The position numbers and the translations under genes are program-made. Shown here piece after piece: positions 41,276-50,666 of a stretch of 64,000 nucleotides of DNA. The stretch spans positions 8,647-72,646 of IMG/VR virus record IMGVR_UViG_3300025674_000030. One strand, given 5' to 3'. Numbering within the stretch: position 1 is the first letter of the stretch; every line of letters starts with the position of its first letter. Under the pieces are notes generated by a model, which did not search any database, had not been told where the DNA came from, and saw nothing but the letters and a program-made list of their open reading frames with translations. The DNA is from a virus.

Positions 41276-41550
41276 AAATCACAAAGACTAGACTAAAGCA
41301 GATTATCAAAGAGGCATTAGATGATATATCTTCTGATGATGTTCTTGGTCGTACCGAGCCAAGATATTTTGATGATGAAGGCGAGCGCGCTTTTGATCCC
41401 TCTGATGCTCGTGATCTTAGAGATAGATTGGTAAAAGCTATTAGATCCGGGGCGTTCGATAGCCTATCAGATGAGAACATGGAGTTTGCAAGGAGGCTTT
41501 TCGGCCCTGCTTTTGACGATCTAAGAAAGCAATATGGCAGAGGACAATAG
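41272..41550 (+). CDS. Putative internal head protein (MKxTK leader family)
   Basis: MKITKTRLKQIIKEALD leader. Confidence 0.6.
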   Translation: MKITKTRLKQIIKEALDDISSDDVLGRTEPRYFDDEGERAFDPSDARDLRDRLVKAIRSGAFDSLSDENMEFARRLFGPAFDDLRKQYGRGQ

Positions 41551-41554
41551 ACTA

Positions 41555-42109
41555 ATGAAAATCACAAAATCAGAACTTTTCAATCTCATTAAAGAGGAGA
41601 TTATGTCCGAGATGGATGTCCTCACTATGATGGATGACCCAAACGATGATTCTCAAGAGCCAGAATCTTTCAAAGATATGGATCAGGTAGCCGAGATGAT
41701 GGAGAACGCTGTTCTTACTTCTATGGATAGTCCAATCGCTTTGATCTCAAACTTCCTTGTGACAACGCAGGGAGGACATGAGACACCAACAGAACTTGTG
41801 AGAGAAGGTATGCAAATGCTCCATCAAGCAGGTTTCCGTGAGCCTGATGCCAGTGTTATTGAAAAAATGATAAAAGATGAAATGGACAGTGGATATTACG
41901 ACACTACCTATTACGCCGACGGCGAAGGTGTAGCGCCGATGCCCACTGATGATCGGCACTTGAGAGAGGGTATGGAAAACATTACCCCAGAAAATATGCA
42001 ACTCGTTATGGATGCAATGAAAAAGATGGCGCCTCTAGTTGGAGCTATATCTCTACCAGTTTTAATTGGTCTTATTTATGATCAGTTTAGGAAAATGGGT
42101 GCCAAATGA
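41555..42109 (+). CDS. Putative internal head protein (MKxTK leader family)
   Basis: Start reassigned to MKITKSELFNLIKEEIMSE. Confidence 0.6.
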   Translation: MKITKSELFNLIKEEIMSEMDVLTMMDDPNDDSQEPESFKDMDQVAEMMENAVLTSMDSPIALISNFLVTTQGGHETPTELVREGMQMLHQAGFREPDASVIEKMIKDEMDSGYYDTTYYADGEGVAPMPTDDRHLREGMENITPENMQLVMDAMKKMAPLVGAISLPVLIGLIYDQFRKMGAK

Positions 42110-42309
42110 TGAGCAAAGAACAAAAGCAAGCACTACTCGATAGGGGCATACAAAAACTAACTTCCCGCAAACTACTTGTGTGGCTTACTGCTACAGGTCT
42201 TATGGCTTGGGGCGGCCTAGAATCAGCAGACTGGGTTATCATATCTGGTCTTTATCTCGGTGGTCAGTCTGTGATTGACGCTATTGTAAAACTCAAGGGA
42301 CTTGAGTGA
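42106..42309 (+). CDS. Putative holin (two TM helices)
   Basis: KLTSRKLLVW..., 67 aa, two hydrophobic segments, Met-Met start. Confidence 0.55.
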   Translation: MMSKEQKQALLDRGIQKLTSRKLLVWLTATGLMAWGGLESADWVIISGLYLGGQSVIDAIVKLKGLE

Positions 42310-42686
42310 AAGAGAAAATCCTAGCATTTTGCTTAAAACACTGGAAGGAGATCGGGCTTGTCCTGCTCCTTCTTGTTGTCTTTGGTAAGTCACAATATGA
42401 TGTACGCAACATAATCAAAGCGCATGAGATTGCCGAACAGTCCTTAAAAGATCAGATAAGCACCCTACAATCCCTCCACACCGAAGAGTTGCGCCTGCGC
42501 GATGAAGCCCTTGAACGCTACCGCATAGAGATAGAAGAGTTGGAGTTGGAATACGAAGCACGACAAGCCGAAATAAAAGACTTAACGAGAGCAGAAAAAG
42601 AAGTTATAATAAAAGAGTTCAAACAAGACAAGGCCCTGATTATACAGCGCTTTGAAGAAACCTACGGATTAAGATATGTTGAATAG
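42306..42686 (+). CDS. Membrane-anchored coiled-coil protein (i-spanin-like)
   Basis: N-terminal TM IGLVLLLLVVFG followed by a long coiled coil. Confidence 0.5.
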   Translation: MKEKILAFCLKHWKEIGLVLLLLVVFGKSQYDVRNIIKAHEIAEQSLKDQISTLQSLHTEELRLRDEALERYRIEIEELELEYEARQAEIKDLTRAEKEVIIKEFKQDKALIIQRFEETYGLRYVE

Positions 42687-43086
42687 TCTAATACTGCTTG
42701 TTATACTCTCAACTGCAAGTGCCGAAGACTTTACTGTCCTCTCTGAAAATCAACCCGCTCCATTCGAGGGTGTTTTACTTAGTGTTCCTGCTGCCGCAGA
42801 AATATTAGCCAAACAAGAAGAAACACAGATGCAGTGTGAGCTTGAAATAGAGTTTCAGCTTGATAAGGCGGGAACTCAATGTAAGCTCGATAAAGAACTC
42901 CTTGAGGCACGTATCTCAACGCTTGAAAACCAATATACCGAGATTATAGCACAAAAAAATCTTGTTATTGATAAGCAGCAAGAAATCATCAAGAAGCAGG
43001 CACCGCATCGTAAGTGGTTGTGGTTTGCTGGCGGTGTTGTACTTGGTGGCGCCACTTATTACGGAATTCAACAGGCAGCAAAATGA
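42676..43086 (+). CDS. Exported coiled-coil protein with C-terminal hydrophobic helix (spanin-like partner?)
   Basis: Signal peptide ending ASA-ED, coiled coil, WLWFAGGVVLGGATYYG. Confidence 0.45.
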   Translation: MLNSLILLVILSTASAEDFTVLSENQPAPFEGVLLSVPAAAEILAKQEETQMQCELEIEFQLDKAGTQCKLDKELLEARISTLENQYTEIIAQKNLVIDKQQEIIKKQAPHRKWLWFAGGVVLGGATYYGIQQAAK

Positions 43087-43631
43087 AGCACACTAACTTA
43101 CCATTTCATCTTTATGTGTGGGTTAACAACAAATACCTTGGCCCTAAAATGCCTGAAGGCTATACATATGCCCTGTGGCACGGTATTCATTCAAGAGAGG
43201 GACAAATCCCCATGGCTCACGTTTTGTTAGAAAGTGGTGCTCACTGGTCTGGTTTGCCACTACACGCTATGTCTAACTTCCACGGCCCAAGCACTTGGGA
43301 AGAGAAGCCACACGGCGATTTAATACCTTGGACTGCTATGGGCCCAGACATAGAGGCGTGGCACGCAAAGTATCTTGAAGGACTTGAGGTAGAGCTATTT
43401 CGCTATGGATGGAAAGGCAAACATACAGGCATAATAATCGACTGGACTAATGGATTTGACAGATACCCACAGGAGCACAAGCCTCTTAATCTTGTTTCTC
43501 TTGATGATGGGCAGTTTGCTTTACAGCCAAACAACTATTGTAGATTTAGAGATGACCACTTTATAGACAAATCTAAGTTTGAACAAACCAAGTTCTATCG
43601 CAGAGGCGAAGAGGTTTGGTGGGGTCAATGA
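43083..43631 (+). CDS. Hypothetical phage protein
   Basis: ATGA-coupled start; LLESGAHWSGLPLHA, EHK, LDDGQFALQPNN motifs. Confidence 0.75.
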   Translation: MKHTNLPFHLYVWVNNKYLGPKMPEGYTYALWHGIHSREGQIPMAHVLLESGAHWSGLPLHAMSNFHGPSTWEEKPHGDLIPWTAMGPDIEAWHAKYLEGLEVELFRYGWKGKHTGIIIDWTNGFDRYPQEHKPLNLVSLDDGQFALQPNNYCRFRDDHFIDKSKFEQTKFYRRGEEVWWGQ

Positions 43632-44008
43632 GCAAAGATCCAGATTACATTGTAAGAGTAGAACAAGCTATTGCTGACAAGTATGGTGACGAAGCAATCC
43701 AGAACCCCAAAGCAGAATGGGACGAGAACAAAGAGAAAGTCTATCTGGAGCAGATGCGAGAACTCTACAAAAAGCAAAAGAAAAACGACGAAGCCAACGA
43801 TAAAGTAGAAGTAAATGGGATAAAGGTTTCAAGAAAACTACTTAATAGAGAATCCAAGACAGGGTGTCCTGTTTGTGGTGCTTTCTCACATTCTACCCGT
43901 GATGATGTATCGCTTGTAAAGTTTGACTGCTGCTACAAGTGCTATATCAAGTGGGTTGATGGGAGAGAAGAGCGCTGGAATAACGGGTGGAGACCCAAAC
44001 AAAACTAG
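43628..44008 (+). CDS. Zinc-binding hypothetical protein
   Basis: CPVC...CCYKC. Confidence 0.75.
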   Translation: MSKDPDYIVRVEQAIADKYGDEAIQNPKAEWDENKEKVYLEQMRELYKKQKKNDEANDKVEVNGIKVSRKLLNRESKTGCPVCGAFSHSTRDDVSLVKFDCCYKCYIKWVDGREERWNNGWRPKQN

Positions 44009-44010
44009 CA

Positions 44011-44019
44011 ACTACTTAT
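44011..44019 (+). promoter_or_regulatory. Candidate late promoter ACTACTTAT
   Basis: Intergenic, upstream of the gene block leading to terminase and portal. Confidence 0.5.
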
Positions 44020-44036
44020 TTCAAAGGAACACTACT

Positions 44037-44585
44037 ATGGCAACAGTTTACGAAATCGTTCAGGGCTTGTCGCAAGCCGCTGCAAATGCTTATGATGGAG
44101 CAATGACCGAAGAGGGAGAGCCCGTAAAGGCAGGGCTAAAGAGAGAAGAGGGCAACCCCCTTATTGATAAGCGCGTTATGGATGGCTTCAATGTCAAGTT
44201 CCACGGTAATATCATGCGTCTCTCTTATATGTCCGAGGTTACCTTGAAGGAAGTTTATGCAAGCGGATTTGAATCTGAGGTTGAGTCACAGATGAATGAG
44301 ATAGTAAAGTTTCTCAAGAAGGAGGCTCGCAAGATTACTGGCACCACTCCATCGCTAACAAAACAGGGGGAGATTGATATTCGTGTTGAGAATTCATCTC
44401 GTGTGCGCTCTTGGGTTACCGCCTGTTTAGAGTACAAGGTTGGTGGAATGGAAGAAGTTGCTGTTGTTGGAGAAGCTACCGAGGACAAGCTTGCCGCTGG
44501 CTGGGAAGCCTTTATGAAGCAGGGCGGCCTTGGAACTCGCCCAAAGAACGATAAGAGACCTAAGAACTCAGGAGACAAGAAGTGA
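44037..44585 (+). CDS. Hypothetical protein (head morphogenesis region)
   Basis: Start MATVYE after AAGGA SD. Confidence 0.75.
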   Translation: MATVYEIVQGLSQAAANAYDGAMTEEGEPVKAGLKREEGNPLIDKRVMDGFNVKFHGNIMRLSYMSEVTLKEVYASGFESEVESQMNEIVKFLKKEARKITGTTPSLTKQGEIDIRVENSSRVRSWVTACLEYKVGGMEEVAVVGEATEDKLAAGWEAFMKQGGLGTRPKNDKRPKNSGDKK

Positions 44586-44779
44586 AAGTTACAAAAACCT
44601 TACTAAAGCAAATAATCAAGGAAGAGCTTGAAGAAATGCAGGGCACTGACTCAATGCGTGATTTTGAAACCGAAATTGGCGTTTTGATCGAAAAGGCAAT
44701 AGCCCTCGCAATGGAGGCTAGATTATCAAGAGTTGAAGATATTCTTACTTCTGCTCACGAAGAGTTAATGGGTCTATAG
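44582..44779 (+). CDS. Putative internal head protein (MKxTK leader family)
   Basis: GTG start, MKVTKTLLKQIIKEELEE. Confidence 0.6.
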   Translation: MKVTKTLLKQIIKEELEEMQGTDSMRDFETEIGVLIEKAIALAMEARLSRVEDILTSAHEELMGL

Positions 44780-44788
44780 TGGGTATGA

Positions 44789-46369
44789 ATGCCAAGATTA
44801 ACGAAAAAGCAAATACTCAAAGAAGTCGTTAAATGCGGCAAAGATCCATCTTATTTCCTCAAGAACTATGCCCGTATATCTCACCCGATGCACGGGCTTA
44901 TGTTATTCAACACATTTGATTATCAGGACGAACTCCTAAAAGACTTCAACGACTACCGTTTTAATATCATCAACAAAGGTCGTCAGTTGGGTATCTCAAC
45001 GATTACTGCTGGCTACATTGTTTGGATGATGTTGTTTCATCGAGACAAAACCATTCTTGTCATGGCAACTAAGTTTGAGACAGCAGGCAACTTGGTCCGA
45101 AAAGTCAAAAACATTATGAAGAACCTTCCTGACTGGATCAGAATTGCAAATATCACAACCGACAACCGCACGTCCTTTGAGTTGTCTAATGGCTCTTCTA
45201 TCAAGGCTGCCTCCACTTCTGGCGATGCTGGTCGCTCTGAGGCACTATCGCTTCTTGTTCTTGACGAGGCTGCACACATTGAAGGTCTAGAAGAGTTGTG
45301 GACTGGTCTGTACCCGACACTATCTACTGGTGGTCGTTGTATCGCCATCTCTACACCAAATGGTGTTGGTAACTGGTTCCACAAAACCTGCACAGGCGCC
45401 GAAAGCGGAGAAAACAACTTCAATCTAACGACGCTGATGTGGTGGGTTCATCCCGAAAGAGATGAAGAATGGTTCAAGAAAGAAACCAAAAATATGTCCA
45501 AGAGGCAGATTGCACAGGAGTTGGAGTGCAACTTCAATACTTCGGGTGAAACTGTTATCGATCCAGAGAATATGGAATGGATTATGTCCAACATTAGAGA
45601 ACCAAAACATAAAACTGGATTTGATAGAAACTTTTGGATCTGGGAAGAGTATGATCCAAGCTGCAACTATCTCATGTCAGTAGATGTAGCAAGAGGCGAT
45701 GGTGCAGATAGTTCTACATTTCATATCCTTAAGCTTGAAACTATGGAAATTGTTGGTGAGTATATGGGTAAGCCAACTCCCGATTTGTATGCTAATATGC
45801 TAAATCAGGTTGGTAGAGAGTTTGGAAACTGTATGCTGGTCGTAGAAAATAACTCTATTGGCTATACTGTCATAGATAAATTAATAGAGTATGGCTATCC
45901 CAACCTCTACTATTCGATTAAATCTACACACGAATATATTGATCAACATCTTGGCGAACACAGGACAGGTGCCGTTGCTGGTTTTTCCACAACAAGCAAG
46001 ACTAGACCGCTCATTGTTGCCAAGCTAGAAGAGTTTGTAAGAAACAAACTAGTTAAGACGTATTCTTCACGTTTGGCAAACGAGTTCCGTACTTTTATTT
46101 GGTATAACGGGAAGCCACAAGCCATGAGGGGCTACAACGATGACTTGGTGATGGCTCTTGCGATTTGTTGCTGGGTGCGGGACACAGCCTTGCAAACAAA
46201 CGCACGAGACTTAAACTACCAAAAAGCGTTCGTTGATTCAATCATGACTTCAAGGACTACCCTAAACACGCAAATAAAAGGACAAATTGGCTACACAGGA
46301 GAAGATACCACAAGTAGAATGAACGAAGCAAAAAACCTATATTCCCAATACATGTGGATAATAAAGTGA
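44789..46369 (+). CDS. terL: Terminase large subunit (T4 gp17-like)
   Basis: KGRQLGIST Walker A, LLVLDEAAH Walker B, ISTPNG, QELEC, SVDVARGDGAD, VVENN, NDDLVMALA. Confidence 0.96.
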   Translation: MPRLTKKQILKEVVKCGKDPSYFLKNYARISHPMHGLMLFNTFDYQDELLKDFNDYRFNIINKGRQLGISTITAGYIVWMMLFHRDKTILVMATKFETAGNLVRKVKNIMKNLPDWIRIANITTDNRTSFELSNGSSIKAASTSGDAGRSEALSLLVLDEAAHIEGLEELWTGLYPTLSTGGRCIAISTPNGVGNWFHKTCTGAESGENNFNLTTLMWWVHPERDEEWFKKETKNMSKRQIAQELECNFNTSGETVIDPENMEWIMSNIREPKHKTGFDRNFWIWEEYDPSCNYLMSVDVARGDGADSSTFHILKLETMEIVGEYMGKPTPDLYANMLNQVGREFGNCMLVVENNSIGYTVIDKLIEYGYPNLYYSIKSTHEYIDQHLGEHRTGAVAGFSTTSKTRPLIVAKLEEFVRNKLVKTYSSRLANEFRTFIWYNGKPQAMRGYNDDLVMALAICCWVRDTALQTNARDLNYQKAFVDSIMTSRTTLNTQIKGQIGYTGEDTTSRMNEAKNLYSQYMWIIK

Positions 46370-46376
46370 GAAAATA

Positions 46377-48368
46377 ATGGCACCAAAAAATCCAAAGCAA
46401 GGTGGAAACCCCGCCAACAGACAGTCGCAGTTATTCAAATCTCTTACAAGACTCTTTTCAGGCCCTATCGTTAGTTACCGTTCAGAGTCTGGTCGTAAGA
46501 TTCGTAGACAACATTTGGATAAATACTCAACCAGATTCAAATCAGCATCTGGGCAACAGTTCAAAAAGCAGTCTTATAATCCTTTAGATACAATCGCTGC
46601 AAACGCTATTGCAAACCAGCGTCGCTCAGAGCGCTACATTGACTTTGATCAAATGGAGTACATGCCTGAGTTGGCCTCCGCTCTTGATATATACGCAGAT
46701 GAAATGACTACATTTTCTGCACTTTCTCCAATGTTGAATATTAAGTGTCGCAATGATGAAATCAAGGCAGTCCTCAACATTCTTTACCACAACGTAATGA
46801 ATATAGAGCACAACCTCTTTGGCTGGTGTCGTACAATGTGTAAGTATGGCGATTTCATTATGTATCTGGATATTGATGAGAACGAAGGTATTCAGTCTAC
46901 GATTGCCCTTCCTTTACAGGAAGTTGAAAGACTGGAAGGTCTTGATGCCACAAACCCAAACTATGTTCAGTATCAGTGGAACTCTGCTGGGATGACATTT
47001 GAGAACTGGCAGGTTGCACATTTCCGAATCCTCGGTAACGACAAATATTCACCATACGGCACTTCTGTACTAGAACCTGCCCGTCGTATCTGGCGCCAAC
47101 TAACCCTTATGGAAGATGCCATGATGGCATACCGTATCGTTCGTTCTTCTGAGCGAAAGGTGTTCAAGATTGATGTTGGTGCTGTTCCTCCACAGGAAGT
47201 TGAGCAGTTTATGCAAAAGATTGTATCTCAGCTAAAACGCCACACAATTGTTGATAAAGATACTGGTCGCATTGATTTGCGATATAATCCACTGTCAATC
47301 GAGGAGGACTACTATATTCCTGTTCGCGCCGGCTCTGTGACAGATATTCAAAACCTTGGTGGTGGACAAAACACAACCGCTATTGATGATATCAAGTATC
47401 TTCGTGACAAGATGTTTTCTGCCATCAAGATACCACAGGCTTATCTCACAATGGGCGAGGGTGCCCAAGAAGATAAGACTACACTTGCCACCAAGGACAT
47501 TCGCTTTGCGCGTACCATTCAGCGCCTACAGCGTTCTGTTCTGCATGAGTTAGAGAAGATTGGTATTATTCACCTCTATACTCTTGGATATAGAGGCGAG
47601 GATCTTCTAAACTTTAAACTTGCACTCAATAACCCAAGCAAGATTGCTGAGCTACAAGAGTTGGAGCATTGGAAGAACAAGTTTGATATTGCGGCCTCTG
47701 CAACCGAAGGTTATTTTTCTCGTCGCTGGGTTGCTGATAATATTTTTGGCATGTCTCATGAAGAGTTCCTGCGCTGTCAGCGTGAACAGTTTTATGATCG
47801 CAAGCATGACACAGCACTTGAGGGCGTTGCAGAAGTACCAGTAGAAGAATCCGGCGGTGGTGGTGGGCTTGATCTTGGCGGCGGCGAAGGCGGCGAGCTT
47901 GATCTTGGGGGTGCCCCAGAGGGCGAGGTCGATCTCGGAGCCGATGATACTGGTGCTGAAGAAACAGGTGGCGGCGAAGAGTCTGCACTTTTGGCAGAAC
48001 CTCCCGGCTCTCGTGATTCTCCACGCCTTGCAAAATCACTAGGTAGCCGTGCCAGAACAGGAAAAAAATATGTCACCAAGAAATCCAAAGGCAAAGCCTA
48101 CCAGAAGGTAGCCGTAGATAAGCGCCCTGCTGGTGCCAGAAGTAGAAACTATTCAAGTATCCCAACTCCCGAAATGAACACATATAGAACTAACAATCTT
48201 GGTGCTCCTGAGTTAAGATCTTTGTCTAGAGGTATTTATGAAGACAAAGACTCTATTTACCAAAGAGAACAAAAAGAAGAACAGGCTCTTCTTGAGGTTA
48301 ATAGCTCTGTCAAGTTCTTAATAGAATCATTAGAAACAAAAGCTACGGAGAATAAAGATGAAGAATAA
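46377..48368 (+). CDS. Portal protein (T4 gp20-like)
   Basis: PELASALDIYADE, YGTSVLE, LMEDAMMAYRIVRSSERKVFKIDVG, EDYYIPVR, DDIKYL. Confidence 0.95.
   Translation: MAPKNPKQGGNPANRQSQLFKSLTRLFSGPIVSYRSESGRKIRRQHLDKYSTRFKSASGQQFKKQSYNPLDTIAANAIANQRRSERYIDFDQMEYMPELASALDIYADEMTTFSALSPMLNIKCRNDEIKAVLNILYHNVMNIEHNLFGWCRTMCKYGDFIMYLDIDENEGIQSTIALPLQEVERLEGLDATNPNYVQYQWNSAGMTFENWQVAHFRILGNDKYSPYGTSVLEPARRIWRQLTLMEDAMMAYRIVRSSERKVFKIDVGAVPPQEVEQFMQKIVSQLKRHTIVDKDTGRIDLRYNPLSIEEDYYIPVRAGSVTDIQNLGGGQNTTAIDDIKYLRDKMFSAIKIPQAYLTMGEGAQEDKTTLATKDIRFARTIQRLQRSVLHELEKIGIIHLYTLGYRGEDLLNFKLALNNPSKIAELQELEHWKNKFDIAASATEGYFSRRWVADNIFGMSHEEFLRCQREQFYDRKHDTALEGVAEVPVEESGGGGGLDLGGGEGGELDLGGAPEGEVDLGADDTGAEETGGGEESALLAEPPGSRDSPRLAKSLGSRARTGKKYVTKKSKGKAYQKVAVDKRPAGARSRNYSSIPTPEMNTYRTNNLGAPELRSLSRGIYEDKDSIYQREQKEEQALLEVNSSVKFLIESLETKATENKDEE
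47853..47945 (+). repeat. Low-complexity (G/E)-(L/V)-D-L-G repeat x3 in the portal tail
   Basis: GGGGGLDLGGGEGGELDLGGAPEGEVDLG. Confidence 0.7.
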
Positions 48369-49188
48369 GCACAATAAGAAGAGAAATACAGCCTTTGTAT
48401 TTGAAGCGCTTGCAAGAGAAGCAACTGTGGCAATTGTAAAGGGCGATCAGGAGCGTAAAGCCAAGGTTGTTTCAATTGTTCGTAAGCACTTTACCGGCGA
48501 CTCTCTTCTGAAGAAAGACCTTGAGTGCTATCGTTCACTTTACGAAAACCAAAATCTTGACAAGAACACAAGCCAAAAGATTCTTGAAGCAGTGATGGCA
48601 GCAAAGCGCTTAATCGATCCAGATGGCCTTTTTAAGCAGCAGACCGAAGTTATCAATGATATCAACAAAGAACTAACTCCTGCTACTTTTAACAATTTTG
48701 TTCCCAACTATAAGGCACTTGCCACCATTGCAAAAATGTTTAATACTGATTCACCAAAGCAAAAGGTAATGCTTGAAGAGAAAATAATAGAAGGTATGTC
48801 TGGAACTCTTATAGAACATACTATGCAGCCCATCGATAGTATTACTTTTGCAACTTTTACCAAGAAATTTAATGACAAATATAGCTCCTCTTTATTAAAA
48901 GAGCAAAAAGAACTAATAAATCATTACATATCATCTTTTGCAATTGATGATTTAGAAACTAAAATTTACCTCAACCGCGAACTTGGTCGCTTGAAAGAAA
49001 GCTTAGAGAAGGCAACTGAGGTAGAAGAGGTTGCTTCTGATCAAGAGATGATCAATAAAACGAAGTTGGTCAAAGAGCGGCTCGAATCACTTTCTGGCGA
49101 CACAACTCTTACAGAAGCAACCCTCTTCACAATTTTGAAAACTCAAGAACTCGTAAAGGAAATCTACGACGATGGCAGTAACAGTTAG
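48358..49188 (+). CDS. Hypothetical protein downstream of portal (putative head assembly)
   Basis: KHNKKRNTAFVFEAL N-terminus; helical. Confidence 0.7.
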   Translation: MKNKHNKKRNTAFVFEALAREATVAIVKGDQERKAKVVSIVRKHFTGDSLLKKDLECYRSLYENQNLDKNTSQKILEAVMAAKRLIDPDGLFKQQTEVINDINKELTPATFNNFVPNYKALATIAKMFNTDSPKQKVMLEEKIIEGMSGTLIEHTMQPIDSITFATFTKKFNDKYSSSLLKEQKELINHYISSFAIDDLETKIYLNRELGRLKESLEKATEVEEVASDQEMINKTKLVKERLESLSGDTTLTEATLFTILKTQELVKEIYDDGSNS

Positions 49189-49744
49189 AATTGTTCCAAT
49201 CCCAGAGCCCGTTAAGGTTACAATCAAGCCTAAAGCTCCTCCTCCTAAAGTAACTTTAGAGCTAGACATTCGCAAGTCTCTTAGTGGCGATCTAATGATT
49301 TTTGATCATGGTGACATTGATATTGTTTTATCTGGTAAAGACAAGAAGATTACTGCGTTCCCCAAGCAAACACAAACTGATTTTACCTATGGCGCCCAAA
49401 ATCGTTTGTTTAGTCATCTTGCTAGAAAGGGCATCGTCATTCCTGAGTCTATTCAGGGCGGTTCATTTTATGGCGCCATGGAAGCATCTCTACAAGAAGC
49501 AGCAGATGGCAAACTAAACGCCGCCAAGTTTGCACTCATAAGCATTGAGAAGTTCATAAAAGAAGAGAAGCCATACTATGAACATGTAGAAGCTATTGTT
49601 GGCAGTACCGAGGACGAATATATTAATCCCGACAAGACTGACTCTACTGAGCTTGGCGAAGTCCCACAGCGCGACGAGCAAGGTTCTATCCGAAAGGGCT
49701 ATGTCCGAGATCCTTACACCTTCTCTTACATGTATACAATATAG
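49172..49744 (+). CDS. Hypothetical protein
   Basis: 190-aa ORF in the head operon. Confidence 0.7.
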   Translation: MAVTVRIVPIPEPVKVTIKPKAPPPKVTLELDIRKSLSGDLMIFDHGDIDIVLSGKDKKITAFPKQTQTDFTYGAQNRLFSHLARKGIVIPESIQGGSFYGAMEASLQEAADGKLNAAKFALISIEKFIKEEKPYYEHVEAIVGSTEDEYINPDKTDSTELGEVPQRDEQGSIRKGYVRDPYTFSYMYTI

Positions 49745-49752
49745 GAGGTTAC

Positions 49753-50094
49753 ATGGAGATAGTTTTATTTATTCTTTTTGCTTACGGACTAACACAAATA
49801 TTAGTCTATAGTGATATGCCAATCCTAAAAAGATTAAGGCCAAGCAAAGAATCCTACAGGGGCTATGGCAAGGTGTTTCATTGCCCCATGTGTATGGGAT
49901 TTCATGTTGGTTGGTTTTTGTGCCTTCTTTCTCCTTGGACAGAACTATTTACGTTTGATGTTACAATAGTTAATGCTTTTTTGCTTGGCTGTCTTTCGTC
50001 TGCGACTTCTTATGTTTTAAACATGGTGTTCTCTGACGAAGGAATCATGATAAAGCACAACTACAAGCATGAAAACTATTTTGGAGAAGAATAA
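49753..50094 (+). CDS. Membrane protein with CxxC (DUF1360-like)
   Basis: Three hydrophobic helices, FHCPMCMGFHVG; AGGAGG SD. Confidence 0.65.
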   Translation: MEIVLFILFAYGLTQILVYSDMPILKRLRPSKESYRGYGKVFHCPMCMGFHVGWFLCLLSPWTELFTFDVTIVNAFLLGCLSSATSYVLNMVFSDEGIMIKHNYKHENYFGEE

Positions 50095-50339
50095 TGAAAA
50101 TCACAAAAAGCAGACTAAGACAGATAATCAAAGAAGAACTTCTTAAAGAAATAAAAGAAGGCGAAGAAATTGAAATGTCTGATCTTTATGCTGACTATGG
50201 TGAAGATCCAATCGAAGCACTACAGAAAAGAAGAGATGAGTTGGAACCTAGGCTGCGCACAGCAAAAGATGCTGAGTATTACATGAAGCTAACCAGAGAA
50301 ATTGTGAGGCTAAAGCTTGAACGGGAGAAACAACAATGA
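50094..50339 (+). CDS. Putative internal head protein (MKxTK leader family)
   Basis: MKITKSRLRQIIKEELLKE. Confidence 0.6.
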   Translation: MKITKSRLRQIIKEELLKEIKEGEEIEMSDLYADYGEDPIEALQKRRDELEPRLRTAKDAEYYMKLTREIVRLKLEREKQQ

Positions 50340-50401
50340 ACAACTTTCTACTATCTAAGTGGGGACTACAGCCAGTCCGTCGTTGTTGCAAGGGCTCCTA
50401 G
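50336..50401 (+). CDS. 21-aa peptide MNNFLLSKWGLQPVRRCCKGS (below the ORF-track cutoff)
   Basis: GGGAG SD, ATGA overlap with the upstream stop, TAG at 50399-50401. Confidence 0.55.
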   Translation: MNNFLLSKWGLQPVRRCCKGS

Positions 50402-50406
50402 CTCGC

Positions 50407-50421
50407 GCGGGTAACGCCCGC
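50407..50421 (+). other. GC-rich hairpin GCGGG-TAACG-CCCGC
   Basis: Perfect 5-bp stem, no U-tract. Confidence 0.5.
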
Positions 50422-50435
50422 ACAAAGGAAAACAA

Positions 50436-50666
50436 ATGAAACTCATATTAGAAAACTGGAACAATTTTGTTAACGAAGAGGGGGAACTCGAAGAGGCAAT
50501 GGCAAAAAATATCAAAGCTGAAAAATTGCCAAACGGTTTCTATCGTTTTTATGATTATGAATCACAGTTATCAGGTCTTTATAATCCCGACGGCACAATG
50601 CGAAGCGGAGACCTTAACCTAAATAAGAAATTTGTTCAAACAAAAATATTGGAACTAACAAAATGA
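50436..50666 (+). CDS. Putative internal head protein (MKLILENW leader)
   Basis: MKLILENWNNFVNEEGELEEA followed by a small basic domain. Confidence 0.6.
   Translation: MKLILENWNNFVNEEGELEEAMAKNIKAEKLPNGFYRFYDYESQLSGLYNPDGTMRSGDLNLNKKFVQTKILELTK

Noticed and set aside
47626-48094. Minus-strand ORFs over the portal tail
   Set aside because: Artefacts of the GC-rich Gly/Glu low-complexity region
50390-50425. SECIS/selenocysteine recoding or a terminator at the RRCC peptide
   Set aside because: The stop is TAG, not TGA, and the hairpin has no U-tract
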